Assembly: GCA_028716225.1 (NCBI GenBank)
Contig: JAQUQE010000003.1
Span: 108,719-172,718 of the forward strand
Length of the DNA stretch: 64,000 bases
From: Dehalococcoidales bacterium
GTDB taxonomy: Bacteria > Chloroflexota > Dehalococcoidia > Dehalococcoidales > UBA5760
Direction of reading: 5' to 3'
How positions within the stretch are numbered: position 1 is the stretch's first letter; every line of letters begins with the position of its first letter. Position numbers and translations under genes: made by a program. The notes below the pieces were generated by a model, which saw only the letters and a list, made by a program, of their open reading frames with translations, was not told the origin of the DNA and did not search any database. This document shows positions 38,969 to 47,521 of the stretch, piece after piece.

Positions 38969-39223
38969 CTAGTGTCTGAAGTGCACAAAAATCCTTCCGA
39001 AATTCTTGTCGTCTTTTTCAACCCGGTGATAGAGCCCCTTGATTTCCGGTCTGGCCAGGAATCGTAGGGTGCGTTTTTTCAGTTGCCCTGACCCCTTGCC
39101 GGGGATAATCTCAACCAGGGCAATCTTCTTTTCGATGGCTTCCTCTATGACACGGTTGAGTTCCGCATCGATCTGATAGCCCTTATTATAAATATCATGC
39201 AGGTCTAACACTATCTTAGCCAA
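38969..39223 (-). CDS. Smr domain protein
   Basis: LDLHD......A...V...I........VEIIPGKGSG.LK..TL.FL is typical of the Smr (MutS2 C-terminal-like) fold. TTG start. Confidence 0.65.
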   Translation of the reverse strand: MAKIVLDLHDIYNKGYQIDAELNRVIEEAIEKKIALVEIIPGKGSGQLKKRTLRFLARPEIKGLYHRVEKDDKNFGRIFVHFRH

Positions 39224-39243
39224 CGTCTGCCGCCTTTAAATTG

Positions 39244-40047
39244 TTATCCATTTTGCCCGTAGCTGAACCTGGCTACCTGTGGGGCCTCCAGGAACTGCCA
39301 TCGCCCTTTTACCCCGTAACTCATCGCCGCCACCTCAAGATGTAACATGGCAATGCCGCAATCGAGCCGCTTTGAAACGGCAAATTCCCGGCCGCCGGTT
39401 CTTATGTAAACGGTTATGCTGTCTTCGGCGATATCGAAACCCCAGGGCTGGCGGTTAACCGCAGAAGGAGCAAGCCTGGCGGCCTCGAGGGATGCTTTTA
39501 TCCACTCAGGCAAGTCATCTCGATCCGGTTTACTTACCAGCCTGGAAACCGGCAGGCGCCGGTGAGTGCGCCCGAAAAAAGTCATCAGTTTCTCTTCCAG
39601 TGATTCAACGCCGGGTGAATAACCCACCGGGGTCACAGCCAGGACCCGTTCGTTGCTCTTGATTTCGATTAGTGAAGCCACAACCTCATTTCTGAAGAAT
39701 CCGGCAACCCAGCAGGTATTCAACCCGAGGGCAGTTGCCTCCAGAATAATCCCCTCTCCGGTATAGCCTGCTTCTTCTTGAACGGAAGGGTTGTCCATAT
39801 TCCCGATAAAGGCAATAAATGCAGGGGCGCCCTTAATCTTGCCATAGCTGCCCACAATACCTTTGAAAACGCCTTTTACCGGATCGGTCACAAGATACGC
39901 TCTGGCAGCGGGAAATGGCGTGAACTGTTTACATGCGGTATCAAGAGCCGACAGCTTATCTCGTTCGATGGGACGGTTTGTATCAAAGCGCCGGCGTGAC
40001 CTTCGCTTTTCTATAGCGGAATGCCATCTTGAAAAAGGGATATCCAT
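39244..40047 (-). CDS. nitroreductase family protein
   Basis: 267 aa. RRSRRRF near the N-terminus, PSAVNRQPW and an FMN-binding-like arrangement duplicated across the protein. Confidence 0.7.
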   Translation of the reverse strand: MDIPFSRWHSAIEKRRSRRRFDTNRPIERDKLSALDTACKQFTPFPAARAYLVTDPVKGVFKGIVGSYGKIKGAPAFIAFIGNMDNPSVQEEAGYTGEGIILEATALGLNTCWVAGFFRNEVVASLIEIKSNERVLAVTPVGYSPGVESLEEKLMTFFGRTHRRLPVSRLVSKPDRDDLPEWIKASLEAARLAPSAVNRQPWGFDIAEDSITVYIRTGGREFAVSKRLDCGIAMLHLEVAAMSYGVKGRWQFLEAPQVARFSYGQNG

Positions 40048-40096
40048 ATAGTCTCAAGATTAAGGCATTAGCTTGCATATATCAAATAAGTAGTTA

Positions 40097-40333
40097 AAAG
40101 GGGGAAGCTGTTGCACGATAGTCAGTTTAGTGCAATTAACAGAGCGTCGGTCTTCGGATTCCGAGTCAAACGCCCAACTTCATGAATTCCAGGATTGTCA
40201 GAGGTAGTTACAGAATTACCCCAATACGTAGGACCACATAAAATCACATCTAGTAACATGCGCGGGGAGCGTCAAATCGAGCGTTAAAAAAGGGAAAGTG
40301 TTAACAGAGTGCCTGTCCTTCGGTCTCGGACTC
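40097..40333 (+). repeat. two copies of a composite motif in the 365-bp region upstream of the giant envelope gene
   Basis: Copy 1 is AAAAGGGGGAAGCTGTT (40097-40112), then a 23-nt insert with the TTGCAC/GTGCAA palindrome, then TTAACAGAGCGTCGGTCTTCGGATTCCGAGTC (40136-40167). Copy 2 is AAAAAAGGGAAAGTGTT fused directly to TTAACAGAGTGCCTGTCCTTCGGTCTCGGACTC (40286-40333). Each B box contains a CTTCGG (UUCG-type) loop. Confidence 0.6.
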
Positions 40334-40336
40334 GTA

Positions 40337-40367
40337 TTGACACGTGGTGTATAATATCAGCTAGAAT
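40337..40367 (+). promoter_or_regulatory. candidate promoter of the giant envelope gene
   Basis: A perfect TTGACA (40337-40342) is followed by TATAAT (40350-40355, spacer only 7 nt) and TAGAAT (40362-40367, spacer 19 nt). Which -10 is used is ambiguous. Confidence 0.35.
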
Positions 40368-40412
40368 CCACGTTTTATGTTCATCTTTACATAGATAAAG
40401 ACTAGTGGAGGT

Positions 40413-43400
40413 ATGAATGTGTCTCAGTTGAGAAGATTTGCTGGTGTGCTTTTCGCAATAATACTGGTATCAGCGCTATTAGTAGGCGCGAGTCTCAGCG
40501 CTCTAGCTGACCAGGATAGTGATGGAGGTAGTTACGATGTTCTGATATTCAAGAATGGTTATTGGCAGCTACAGGGCAAACTCAGCTTCTCTGATTATGA
40601 GACTCGCCGATTGCCACTAGGTAACGGTGCCGGTCAACTCAGGGTCAGGCTAACTCAGCATGGGCATGATGGTGCTTTTGTGGACTACTTGGCGCTGGAA
40701 AAAGGTACAGCTATATTCGCTCCTAAATCAGCTATTAATATTGGCAGTAGCGCAAGTGTCTTGACCAAAGTAATGTCCCCTGAATATGACGTTTGTGATG
40801 CTTGGAATAGCACTTTGGAAGTGGTCTGGGAGAACGTCCCCGATAACGCAACACTAGTCATGCAAGCAATGGAAGAGGATTTCGGTAAAGGACATGGTGT
40901 ACCTCTGTATTATCCGCGCATTCAGCAAGGGGAAACCCTAAGCTATACACTTGTTGACAATGGTAGCATTTGTGTCGATGGTTGGCTGCAAGAGTCAACG
41001 GAACCGGACTTCACCGTATTCTGGCAACCGGACACTCCACATCCAGATGGCTATACCTACGGCTGGTTACATTCTGACGAACATTTCTTGTATGCTGCGG
41101 TTGAGGTTACCGCGGACAATACCCTTGATGAAGAAGATTGGGGGGCGCTCTATCTGACAGTGGACGGTGAGCTGAGAGAATTCCGCGTCACCGATGCTGA
41201 GGAACAATGGGGTGTGAGTGGATTTCAATACACCTCTTCGGTGGCCTACGAACATCGGGTATATGAATTTCAGATCCCTTTGAATGAAATACCTGCCGAT
41301 ATCGGTGCTCATATTCGATACGGCTTTGGGTGTTACGGTACTGTTGCTGTGATGTTGACGCCGACTAAGCACTCCTCCGCGTGTGGTATGGACTGGGGCA
41401 TCGTTAACACTCCCAGCTGGGAGGATATGATCATCCTGCCTGCCTCAGATATCCTCGACTACGATATCGGCGGTGATGGCGATACAATCTACGCCGTTCT
41501 TGAGATTAATGAGAATTGCGTTGGGGTCGGTGATCCCAATAATGATTTTGCCCTAGTCAAATCCACCGATGGAGGAGTCACCTGGAAGGATATAACAGAT
41601 AATGTCACCAGTGCCGCTAATCTACCAGTTGGCGATGTTTTTGTTTCTCTCACCGACGTGGCGGTAGCCCCGGATGATGAGAACTGGATTGCCCTGGCTG
41701 GCTATAGTAGTGATGGCACGAATCCCGTATGGGTTGTTGCCTCCAAGGACGGTGGTGATAACTTCAGCTACACTGGTGATATGACTGACAATACGTTACG
41801 AATGATTTATGCCTTCGATCTGGCGGTATCAATTGAAGTAAACGATATCCACAATATTGCTGTAGCTGGGATGGACAGCTCGGGGTACGGATCGATATAC
41901 CGCCTCAAGGCGGGTACTTGGCTCACAGGTGCCTGGGAAGACACATCAGATACTACTGATTATCTAGGCTGGGACAACGGTATGGGTACTGGCAATATAT
42001 CATTGCATGTTTTTGCCGTTGCATTCTCGCCGAACTTTGAAATTGACGATACTATCGTCTGCCTCGTTATTGGTGATGACGACAATTATCCATTTATCCA
42101 ATCGGGTATCTGGGAAAGTAGCGGCGGCTCGTGGAATGATGAAGCTGGCTTCCCCACCGCTACTGAAATCAAGTCAGACGGCGATGCATTACAAGTCGAC
42201 CCCTATTACCGAAGATGTCTTGGCCTGGCTCTGCCAGCTGATTACGATGGATCTGATCCCGGAGCCCGAACTGTTTTTTTATACGTTAATGCTCGCAACA
42301 TGACTAATCTTCTAATGGGAGGCTATGTCTTTCGCTCTGACAACAACTCCCTGAGTCCGGTATGTGGTCCGTCCGGTGAACCCCTACTCGCCAGCATTGA
42401 CGTTCATGGCGATGCCAACACTGGCAAGTTGATGATCGGAGAGTTCATCCAGTACGACAATGATGACGATGAGTATATCTTAGCTAACTGCTGCGAAGGT
42501 GTCAGGGTCTGGCACACTGAAGAGCTTGATTTCTGCTGTCCCCAGTGGGACGGCGCCTGTAAAGACCCCTCCGGCTTCTATATGGCATTGGTCATGTACA
42601 CCCCGGATGGTGATAAGGAATACACCACCACCAGCGGAACAATAGATGATTGGGCATACGTATCAGAAGGACGAGATGATACCGGCACTCCTCTTGACGA
42701 GTCCGCCTTCTCGGTAACCCTGGATGATGGCATTTCCTTCAATCAAATCGGCCTCATCGATACTGATATTAACTGGCTCTCCGACGTGGCCGTCTGCCCC
42801 GACTGCTCCGTCATCTACCTCTCCACTATTAACGAGGAGGTACGCAGCGGCGAATTTCCATGCATGGGCGGTGGCTACGCCTCCGGTTATTGTGGCTGCG
42901 ACAGCATCTGGCGCAGCTACGATGAAGGCGACACATGGGAGCGCGTTTTCCACGGTGACTGGATGGGAGATGAAGATTACGGTTGGCCCCTGCTCAGACT
43001 TCCGTGTGACACCGATGAGGATTGCTGCACCGTCTATCTCGGTTTAGCTGGCAAAGATCAGATGTTCTGCAGCCGGGACTGCGGCCAATGCTGGAATGAG
43101 CCGCCTGCTACCAAGATAAACATTTGGGACTTTGCCGTGGAAAGCGATAATATCGTCTACCTTATTAATGACGAAGGCGAATTCTCAATGTCCACCCAAT
43201 ACGGGCGCCGCTGGAGTGACCCAGTCGATACCGGAATCGATTCGGGACACACCATCGCCGCCTGCTGCAACGAGGACTTGATCGTCGTCGCCGGTTACGG
43301 TGACGAAGCGGTGGCCTATTCCAGCGATGGCGGCGACACGTGGGAGCAGACGGCAGACCTGCCCGGGTTGGGTACGGCCCACATCGCCTGTGACCCCCTC

Positions 43401-44801
43401 TGTGAAGGCACCATCTACGCCGCCCTGAGCGAGCCGGTTGGCATATGTGGCGGTATCTACCGATGGGTGATTGGCGACAGTACGGACTGGACCAACATGA
43501 ATGCTTTTAAGTATGGTTACTACGGTATCGCTGTCGGGAGAAGCGACGGTACTTTGTATGCAGTTACCGACACAATTTTTATAGATCCAGATGAAGAAAT
43601 ATGTGACCGATTCGTATCCCCTTACGATGAGGTGGATGGTGATTTTCATGGCTATGAGGTATATAGTGGAGTAGCACGCAACCTCGACCCCTGTGAGACT
43701 GCCTGTTGCGGCACTGAGGACTGGGACTACCTCATCTGCGGCTTGGGTACAGAGTGCGTAGGAAGCGAAAATCCTGGTTTTTCCTGTATCCCAACCGAAT
43801 GGTTTGATAATGAACCCAGTGGGCTCCGCATTTGCGGTTGCCTGAGCTTGGATACCAATAGCATTCTCTGGGCAATTGATGCGCAGCAGTATGATGTCAC
43901 TGACGGCTCCGGAGATAACGACCACTATGGCAGCCTCTGGAGCTACGAAGACTGCGCTGCCAAGCACGGCCCCACTCTCACCAGCCCGGCTGACGAAGCC
44001 ATTCTTGACTGCGAGCCATGTGCTGGTTGCGACGCCGCTAACTTCACCCTCGAGTGGGAGCGGATGTGCTGCTCATGCAGCTATGACATCGAAATCATGG
44101 ATGAGGACGACAACATTATCATCTCATGGGATGATGTCGAAATCACCGGCGACCCACCCGAACTGTTTATCGACGGCACTAAAGAATATACGGTTACAGA
44201 GGAGAATTTTAATTCTCATACCGTATCTAAGATCATGGATTACTACCTCGAGTGTGGCATGACCTACACCTGGCATGTCAGGGAAGCCGACACCGACTGT
44301 GAGTGCGTCCACAGCCCCTGGTCGGAGACATGGAGCTTCACCATCGAGGCCTCTTCGGCTAACGCGGTCAAACTAATCGCCCCTGATCAGGGTGCGGTAG
44401 TTGCCCAGCGCACCGGAGTCGGCTTCTCTTGGAGCAGTGTCTACGACGCCACCACCTACAGCTTCGTCATCTCCGCCAACCCCGACCTCTCCGGCGCCCT
44501 GGCTACTGCTGACGTCACCGGTACTGCCTATGCCCACTCGGGCACCCTGGACTACGAGACCACCTACTACTGGCAGGTAACCGCCTGGAAGGACGGCGCT
44601 ATGCTTTCCCAGAGCGATATCGGCACCTTCGCCGTCGCTGCTGAAGAGGTTATACCGCCCGAACTGGAACCGGCCGAGCCGGTAGTGATCGATATCCCGG
44701 CCACCCAGCAGATCACCCCGACCTGGATCTACGCCATGATCGGCATCGGCGCGGCACTGGTGGTAGTGGTCATTGTCCTGATTGTCCGAAGCAGGAGATA
44801 A
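40413..44801 (+). CDS. 1462-aa secreted, C-terminally anchored, Cys-rich Asp-box (BNR) beta-propeller protein; S-layer/envelope candidate
   Basis: Signal peptide (..GASLSALA/DQD). Asp-box-like motifs STDGGVTW, SKDGGDNF, SYDEGDTW, SRDCGQCW, STQYGRRW and SSDGGDTW. Two FN3/Ig-like C-terminal modules. C-terminal TM helix (IYAMIGIGAALVVVVIVLIV) with an RSRR tail. GGAGG SD; the start could be GTG 40419. Confidence 0.8.
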   Translation: MNVSQLRRFAGVLFAIILVSALLVGASLSALADQDSDGGSYDVLIFKNGYWQLQGKLSFSDYETRRLPLGNGAGQLRVRLTQHGHDGAFVDYLALEKGTAIFAPKSAINIGSSASVLTKVMSPEYDVCDAWNSTLEVVWENVPDNATLVMQAMEEDFGKGHGVPLYYPRIQQGETLSYTLVDNGSICVDGWLQESTEPDFTVFWQPDTPHPDGYTYGWLHSDEHFLYAAVEVTADNTLDEEDWGALYLTVDGELREFRVTDAEEQWGVSGFQYTSSVAYEHRVYEFQIPLNEIPADIGAHIRYGFGCYGTVAVMLTPTKHSSACGMDWGIVNTPSWEDMIILPASDILDYDIGGDGDTIYAVLEINENCVGVGDPNNDFALVKSTDGGVTWKDITDNVTSAANLPVGDVFVSLTDVAVAPDDENWIALAGYSSDGTNPVWVVASKDGGDNFSYTGDMTDNTLRMIYAFDLAVSIEVNDIHNIAVAGMDSSGYGSIYRLKAGTWLTGAWEDTSDTTDYLGWDNGMGTGNISLHVFAVAFSPNFEIDDTIVCLVIGDDDNYPFIQSGIWESSGGSWNDEAGFPTATEIKSDGDALQVDPYYRRCLGLALPADYDGSDPGARTVFLYVNARNMTNLLMGGYVFRSDNNSLSPVCGPSGEPLLASIDVHGDANTGKLMIGEFIQYDNDDDEYILANCCEGVRVWHTEELDFCCPQWDGACKDPSGFYMALVMYTPDGDKEYTTTSGTIDDWAYVSEGRDDTGTPLDESAFSVTLDDGISFNQIGLIDTDINWLSDVAVCPDCSVIYLSTINEEVRSGEFPCMGGGYASGYCGCDSIWRSYDEGDTWERVFHGDWMGDEDYGWPLLRLPCDTDEDCCTVYLGLAGKDQMFCSRDCGQCWNEPPATKINIWDFAVESDNIVYLINDEGEFSMSTQYGRRWSDPVDTGIDSGHTIAACCNEDLIVVAGYGDEAVAYSSDGGDTWEQTADLPGLGTAHIACDPLCEGTIYAALSEPVGICGGIYRWVIGDSTDWTNMNAFKYGYYGIAVGRSDGTLYAVTDTIFIDPDEEICDRFVSPYDEVDGDFHGYEVYSGVARNLDPCETACCGTEDWDYLICGLGTECVGSENPGFSCIPTEWFDNEPSGLRICGCLSLDTNSILWAIDAQQYDVTDGSGDNDHYGSLWSYEDCAAKHGPTLTSPADEAILDCEPCAGCDAANFTLEWERMCCSCSYDIEIMDEDDNIIISWDDVEITGDPPELFIDGTKEYTVTEENFNSHTVSKIMDYYLECGMTYTWHVREADTDCECVHSPWSETWSFTIEASSANAVKLIAPDQGAVVAQRTGVGFSWSSVYDATTYSFVISANPDLSGALATADVTGTAYAHSGTLDYETTYYWQVTAWKDGAMLSQSDIGTFAVAAEEVIPPELEPAEPVVIDIPATQQITPTWIYAMIGIGAALVVVVIVLIVRSRR

Positions 44802-44835
44802 GCTCAAGCCTTAAGGACAACGGCTTGGCAAGATA

Positions 44836-44870
44836 AAAGAGCCCCCCGAATTTCGGGGGGCTCTTTCTTT
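44836..44870 (+). terminator. strong intrinsic terminator
   Basis: AAAGAGCCCCCCGAA/TTCGGGGGGCTCTTT, a perfect GC-rich hairpin followed by TCTTT. Lies 35 nt after the giant gene's stop. Confidence 0.85.
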
Positions 44871-45069
44871 ACGATAGTGAACTACGAAGTTGGATGTTAT
44901 AAAACATTCAGCCAGTTTGTCGAACACCATAGATGACTTGTGTGGTTCTTGCTCTTCTTGATTCCTGTCCGCTTGTCTGCGCTTGCTTCTTTGGCCTCTT
45001 ACGTGTCTCATTAAATAGACTCTAAGATGGCTTTAGAGATATACTGTTACCAGGGCAGGAGGGGCTGTA

Positions 45070-46236
45070 ATGAAGAAGACCCTTTGCGTAATAGCAAGTG
45101 TTGTTATAATTGGTCTACTATCCGGAAGTTGCGCTCTGTTCTTCCCCACCGAATCGACAATCACTCCGAGCCCTTCGCCTGAACCAGAACCGTCTCCGGT
45201 TGTCAACATACCACCGGTTGCCTATATAGATTCGATATTACCTGCCGACTCTCTGGCAGGTGAGGTAATTTCGTTTGACGGCCACGGTACCGATATAGAT
45301 GGTACAGTAGTTGCCTATCGCTGGCGGTCCAGTATTGATGGGGAACTGAGCAGCAAGGCTTCATTCGAAACCTCCGGGCTATCGGGAGGTGTACATATTA
45401 TCTATCTTAAGGTTCAGGACAACAACGGTGCCTGGTCGGAAGAAGTACATTCCAATGTGGTTATAGGTGCGGCAGAGTCAGGCCCTACCGGTCAGATTAC
45501 CGATGCCAGCATTTCCTGGGGTACTTCCCCGGACCGGATCATCTTTACCTGGACGGTATCAGGTCTAGATCCCGGTTTCGAATACTGGGTATACCCCCAC
45601 GTAGGTTTTACTGAGAACGGTGGCCCTTTCGGCAGCACTCCGGAAGACGAAGCTAGCAATCTGGAAGGTATGTATGAAATGGCCATAACCCACTTTCGCC
45701 CGGCGGCCGACGGGACTGGTTCCTGGAACTGGTATGGGGGTAAACCAACCAATCCCTCTGGTCAACTCGCCCTGCTAGCCTATGATCCCGCAATCCAAAG
45801 CGCTTGCGTCGTGGATATCTCGGAGCAAGTCAACGTCTCGTCTTGGGAAGTAGAGCCCACCGGTGATATTACCGATGCCAAAATACTGTGGGGTACTTTC
45901 CCGGCCCGGATAATTTTCACCTGGACAGTCTCAGGTCTAGATCCCGGTTTCGAATACTGGGTATACCCCCACGTAGGTTTTACCGAGAACGGCGGTCCTT
46001 TCGGCAGCACTCCGGAAGACGAAGCTAGCAACCTGGAAGGTATGTATGATATGGCCATAACTCGCTTTCGCCCGGCAGCCGATGACACTGGTTCCTGGAA
46101 CTGGTATGGTGACAAGCCGACAAATCCCAGCGGTCAACTTGCACTCCTTGCCTATGATCCCACAACCCAAAGTGCTTATGTAGTGGCTATCTCGGAGGAA
46201 ATTAATACCTCATCTTGGCATGGTTCAGTTGACTAG
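45070..46236 (+). CDS. lipoprotein: PKD-like domain followed by two copies of an unassigned 124-aa domain
   Basis: Lipobox (IGLLSGS-C) and an AGGAGGGG SD. A PKD-like segment (FDGHGTDIDGTVVAYRW...IIYLKVQDNNGAWS), then a duplicated domain (..IIFTWTVSGLDPGFEYWVYPHVGFTENGGPFGSTPEDEASNLEGMY..). Confidence 0.75.
   Translation: MKKTLCVIASVVIIGLLSGSCALFFPTESTITPSPSPEPEPSPVVNIPPVAYIDSILPADSLAGEVISFDGHGTDIDGTVVAYRWRSSIDGELSSKASFETSGLSGGVHIIYLKVQDNNGAWSEEVHSNVVIGAAESGPTGQITDASISWGTSPDRIIFTWTVSGLDPGFEYWVYPHVGFTENGGPFGSTPEDEASNLEGMYEMAITHFRPAADGTGSWNWYGGKPTNPSGQLALLAYDPAIQSACVVDISEQVNVSSWEVEPTGDITDAKILWGTFPARIIFTWTVSGLDPGFEYWVYPHVGFTENGGPFGSTPEDEASNLEGMYDMAITRFRPAADDTGSWNWYGDKPTNPSGQLALLAYDPTTQSAYVVAISEEINTSSWHGSVD
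45484..46227 (+). repeat. in-frame tandem duplication, 2 x 372 bp
   Basis: Copy 1 is 45484-45855 and copy 2 is 45856-46227. They share long identical runs, for example TCAGGTCTAGATCCCGGTTTCGAATACTGGGTATACCCCCACGTAGGTTTTA in both copies. Confidence 0.9.
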
Positions 46237-46385
46237 GTAACCGTTCATCATATTATGGCCCGACTTTCTTTCTTAAAATGACTTTTTGTCGGCCATTCTT
46301 TTCGTGCACTTTCCTCACTGTATAAAACCCTGTTCCGTTAAAAGTTTTCAGATAGGGGCCTTAGCCGTATTCCGGATGATAGGAC

Positions 46386-46414
46386 TTGAAGAATTCCCTT
46401 TTTCAACATAGAAT
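46386..46414 (+). promoter_or_regulatory. glpX-pfp-fba operon promoter
   Basis: TTGAAG (46386-46391), 17-nt spacer, TAGAAT (46409-46414). Lies about 44 nt upstream of ATG 46458. Confidence 0.5.
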
Positions 46415-46457
46415 AGCTGTAGGTTCGGTTATTCAAAATGATAGCTGGAGGTGTCCG

Positions 46458-47450
46458 ATGCATTCTGATGACTTGATCGAGAGAAATACTGCCATGGAGC
46501 TGGTGCGTGTCACCGAGGCGGCTGCTTTATCCTCGGCCCGCTATATGGGCCGGGGTGACAAGAACCTGGTGGATAAGACTGCGGTCAGCGCGATGCGTCA
46601 CCTGCTGGGACAGGTGCAGATGGATGGCATCGTCGTCATCGGTGAGGGAGAGAAGGACCAGGCCCCGATGCTTTATATCGGGGAGAGGATCGGAGACGGC
46701 TCCAGTCCGAAGGTTGATATCGCCGTCGACCCGGTCGACGGCACCACCTCGGTTGCCCGCGGTCTGCCCGGAGCGATATCGGTAATCGCCCTATCCGAGC
46801 GGGGTTCGATGCACTGCCCACGGGAGTTCTTCTATATGGACAAGATTGTCACCGGTCCGGAGGCGGTCGGCTGTATCGACATTGAAGCACCGGTTAAAGA
46901 TAACCTGAATAACATAGCCAGGGCCAAGGGTAAAAAGGTTGCCGACGTTACCGTGGTGGTCCTGGACCGGCCCCGCCATGAGAAGCTGATATCCGATATT
47001 CGAGATGCCGGAGCGAGGGTGAAGCTGATCACCGACGGCGACGTAGCCGCCAGCATCGACGTGGCGCTGCCTTTACGCAGCGTCGATGTGCTGATGGGTA
47101 TCGGCGGCACTCCGGAGGGGGTGCTCTCCGCCGCCGCGATGCGCTGTATCGGCGGCTGCATCCAGGCCAAGCCCTGGCCCCGTGATGAAGCGGAAAGAAA
47201 ATCGGCCGAGGCGGCCGGGGCGGACGTCAACAGGGTGTATAAGACCGAGGACTTCATCACCAGTGACGACGTCTTCTTCGCTGCCACCGGCGTCAGTACC
47301 GGCGAGCTCTTAAGGGGGGTTCACTATTTCAGCGGCGGTGCCAGCACCCAGTCGCTGGCGATGCGGGGCCTCTCCGGTACGGTACGCTGGATAGACTCGT
47401 CCCACAACTTCAACCGGCTTAACAAGCTCGACGGCATCTCTACCGATTGA
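46458..47450 (+). CDS. glpX: class II fructose-1,6-bisphosphatase
   Basis: GlpX signatures (ELVRVTEAAAL..A...GRGDKN..D..AV.AM, GEGEKDQAPML, DPVDGTT, GIGGTPEGV). A GGAGGTG SD precedes ATG 46458. The ORF opens at 46386, inside the promoter. Confidence 0.9.
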   Translation: MHSDDLIERNTAMELVRVTEAAALSSARYMGRGDKNLVDKTAVSAMRHLLGQVQMDGIVVIGEGEKDQAPMLYIGERIGDGSSPKVDIAVDPVDGTTSVARGLPGAISVIALSERGSMHCPREFFYMDKIVTGPEAVGCIDIEAPVKDNLNNIARAKGKKVADVTVVVLDRPRHEKLISDIRDAGARVKLITDGDVAASIDVALPLRSVDVLMGIGGTPEGVLSAAAMRCIGGCIQAKPWPRDEAERKSAEAAGADVNRVYKTEDFITSDDVFFAATGVSTGELLRGVHYFSGGASTQSLAMRGLSGTVRWIDSSHNFNRLNKLDGISTD

Positions 47451-47521
47451 TCGCCTCTTAAGGCGATACTGTTTTGATATGCCGGGGCGGTCCCGGCGGA
47501 AAGCAGCAGAAGGGGGAAGGT

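Noticed and set aside
40097-40333. The repeated motif as a mini-CRISPR array or transposon ends
   Set aside because: There are only two copies, they are imperfect and 189 nt apart, and they are direct rather than inverted. No cas, transposase or target-site duplication is evident.
44811-45011. A 66-aa minus-strand ORF between the two envelope genes
   Set aside because: It reads straight through the GC-rich terminator hairpin at 44836-44870 and has a highly basic, low-complexity sequence. It is most likely not a gene.
45484-46227. The 372-bp repeat pair as the template and variable repeats of a diversity-generating retroelement
   Set aside because: Substitutions between the copies affect all four bases rather than being confined to adenine positions of one copy. 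The copies are in tandem within a single ORF, and no reverse transcriptase gene is nearby.
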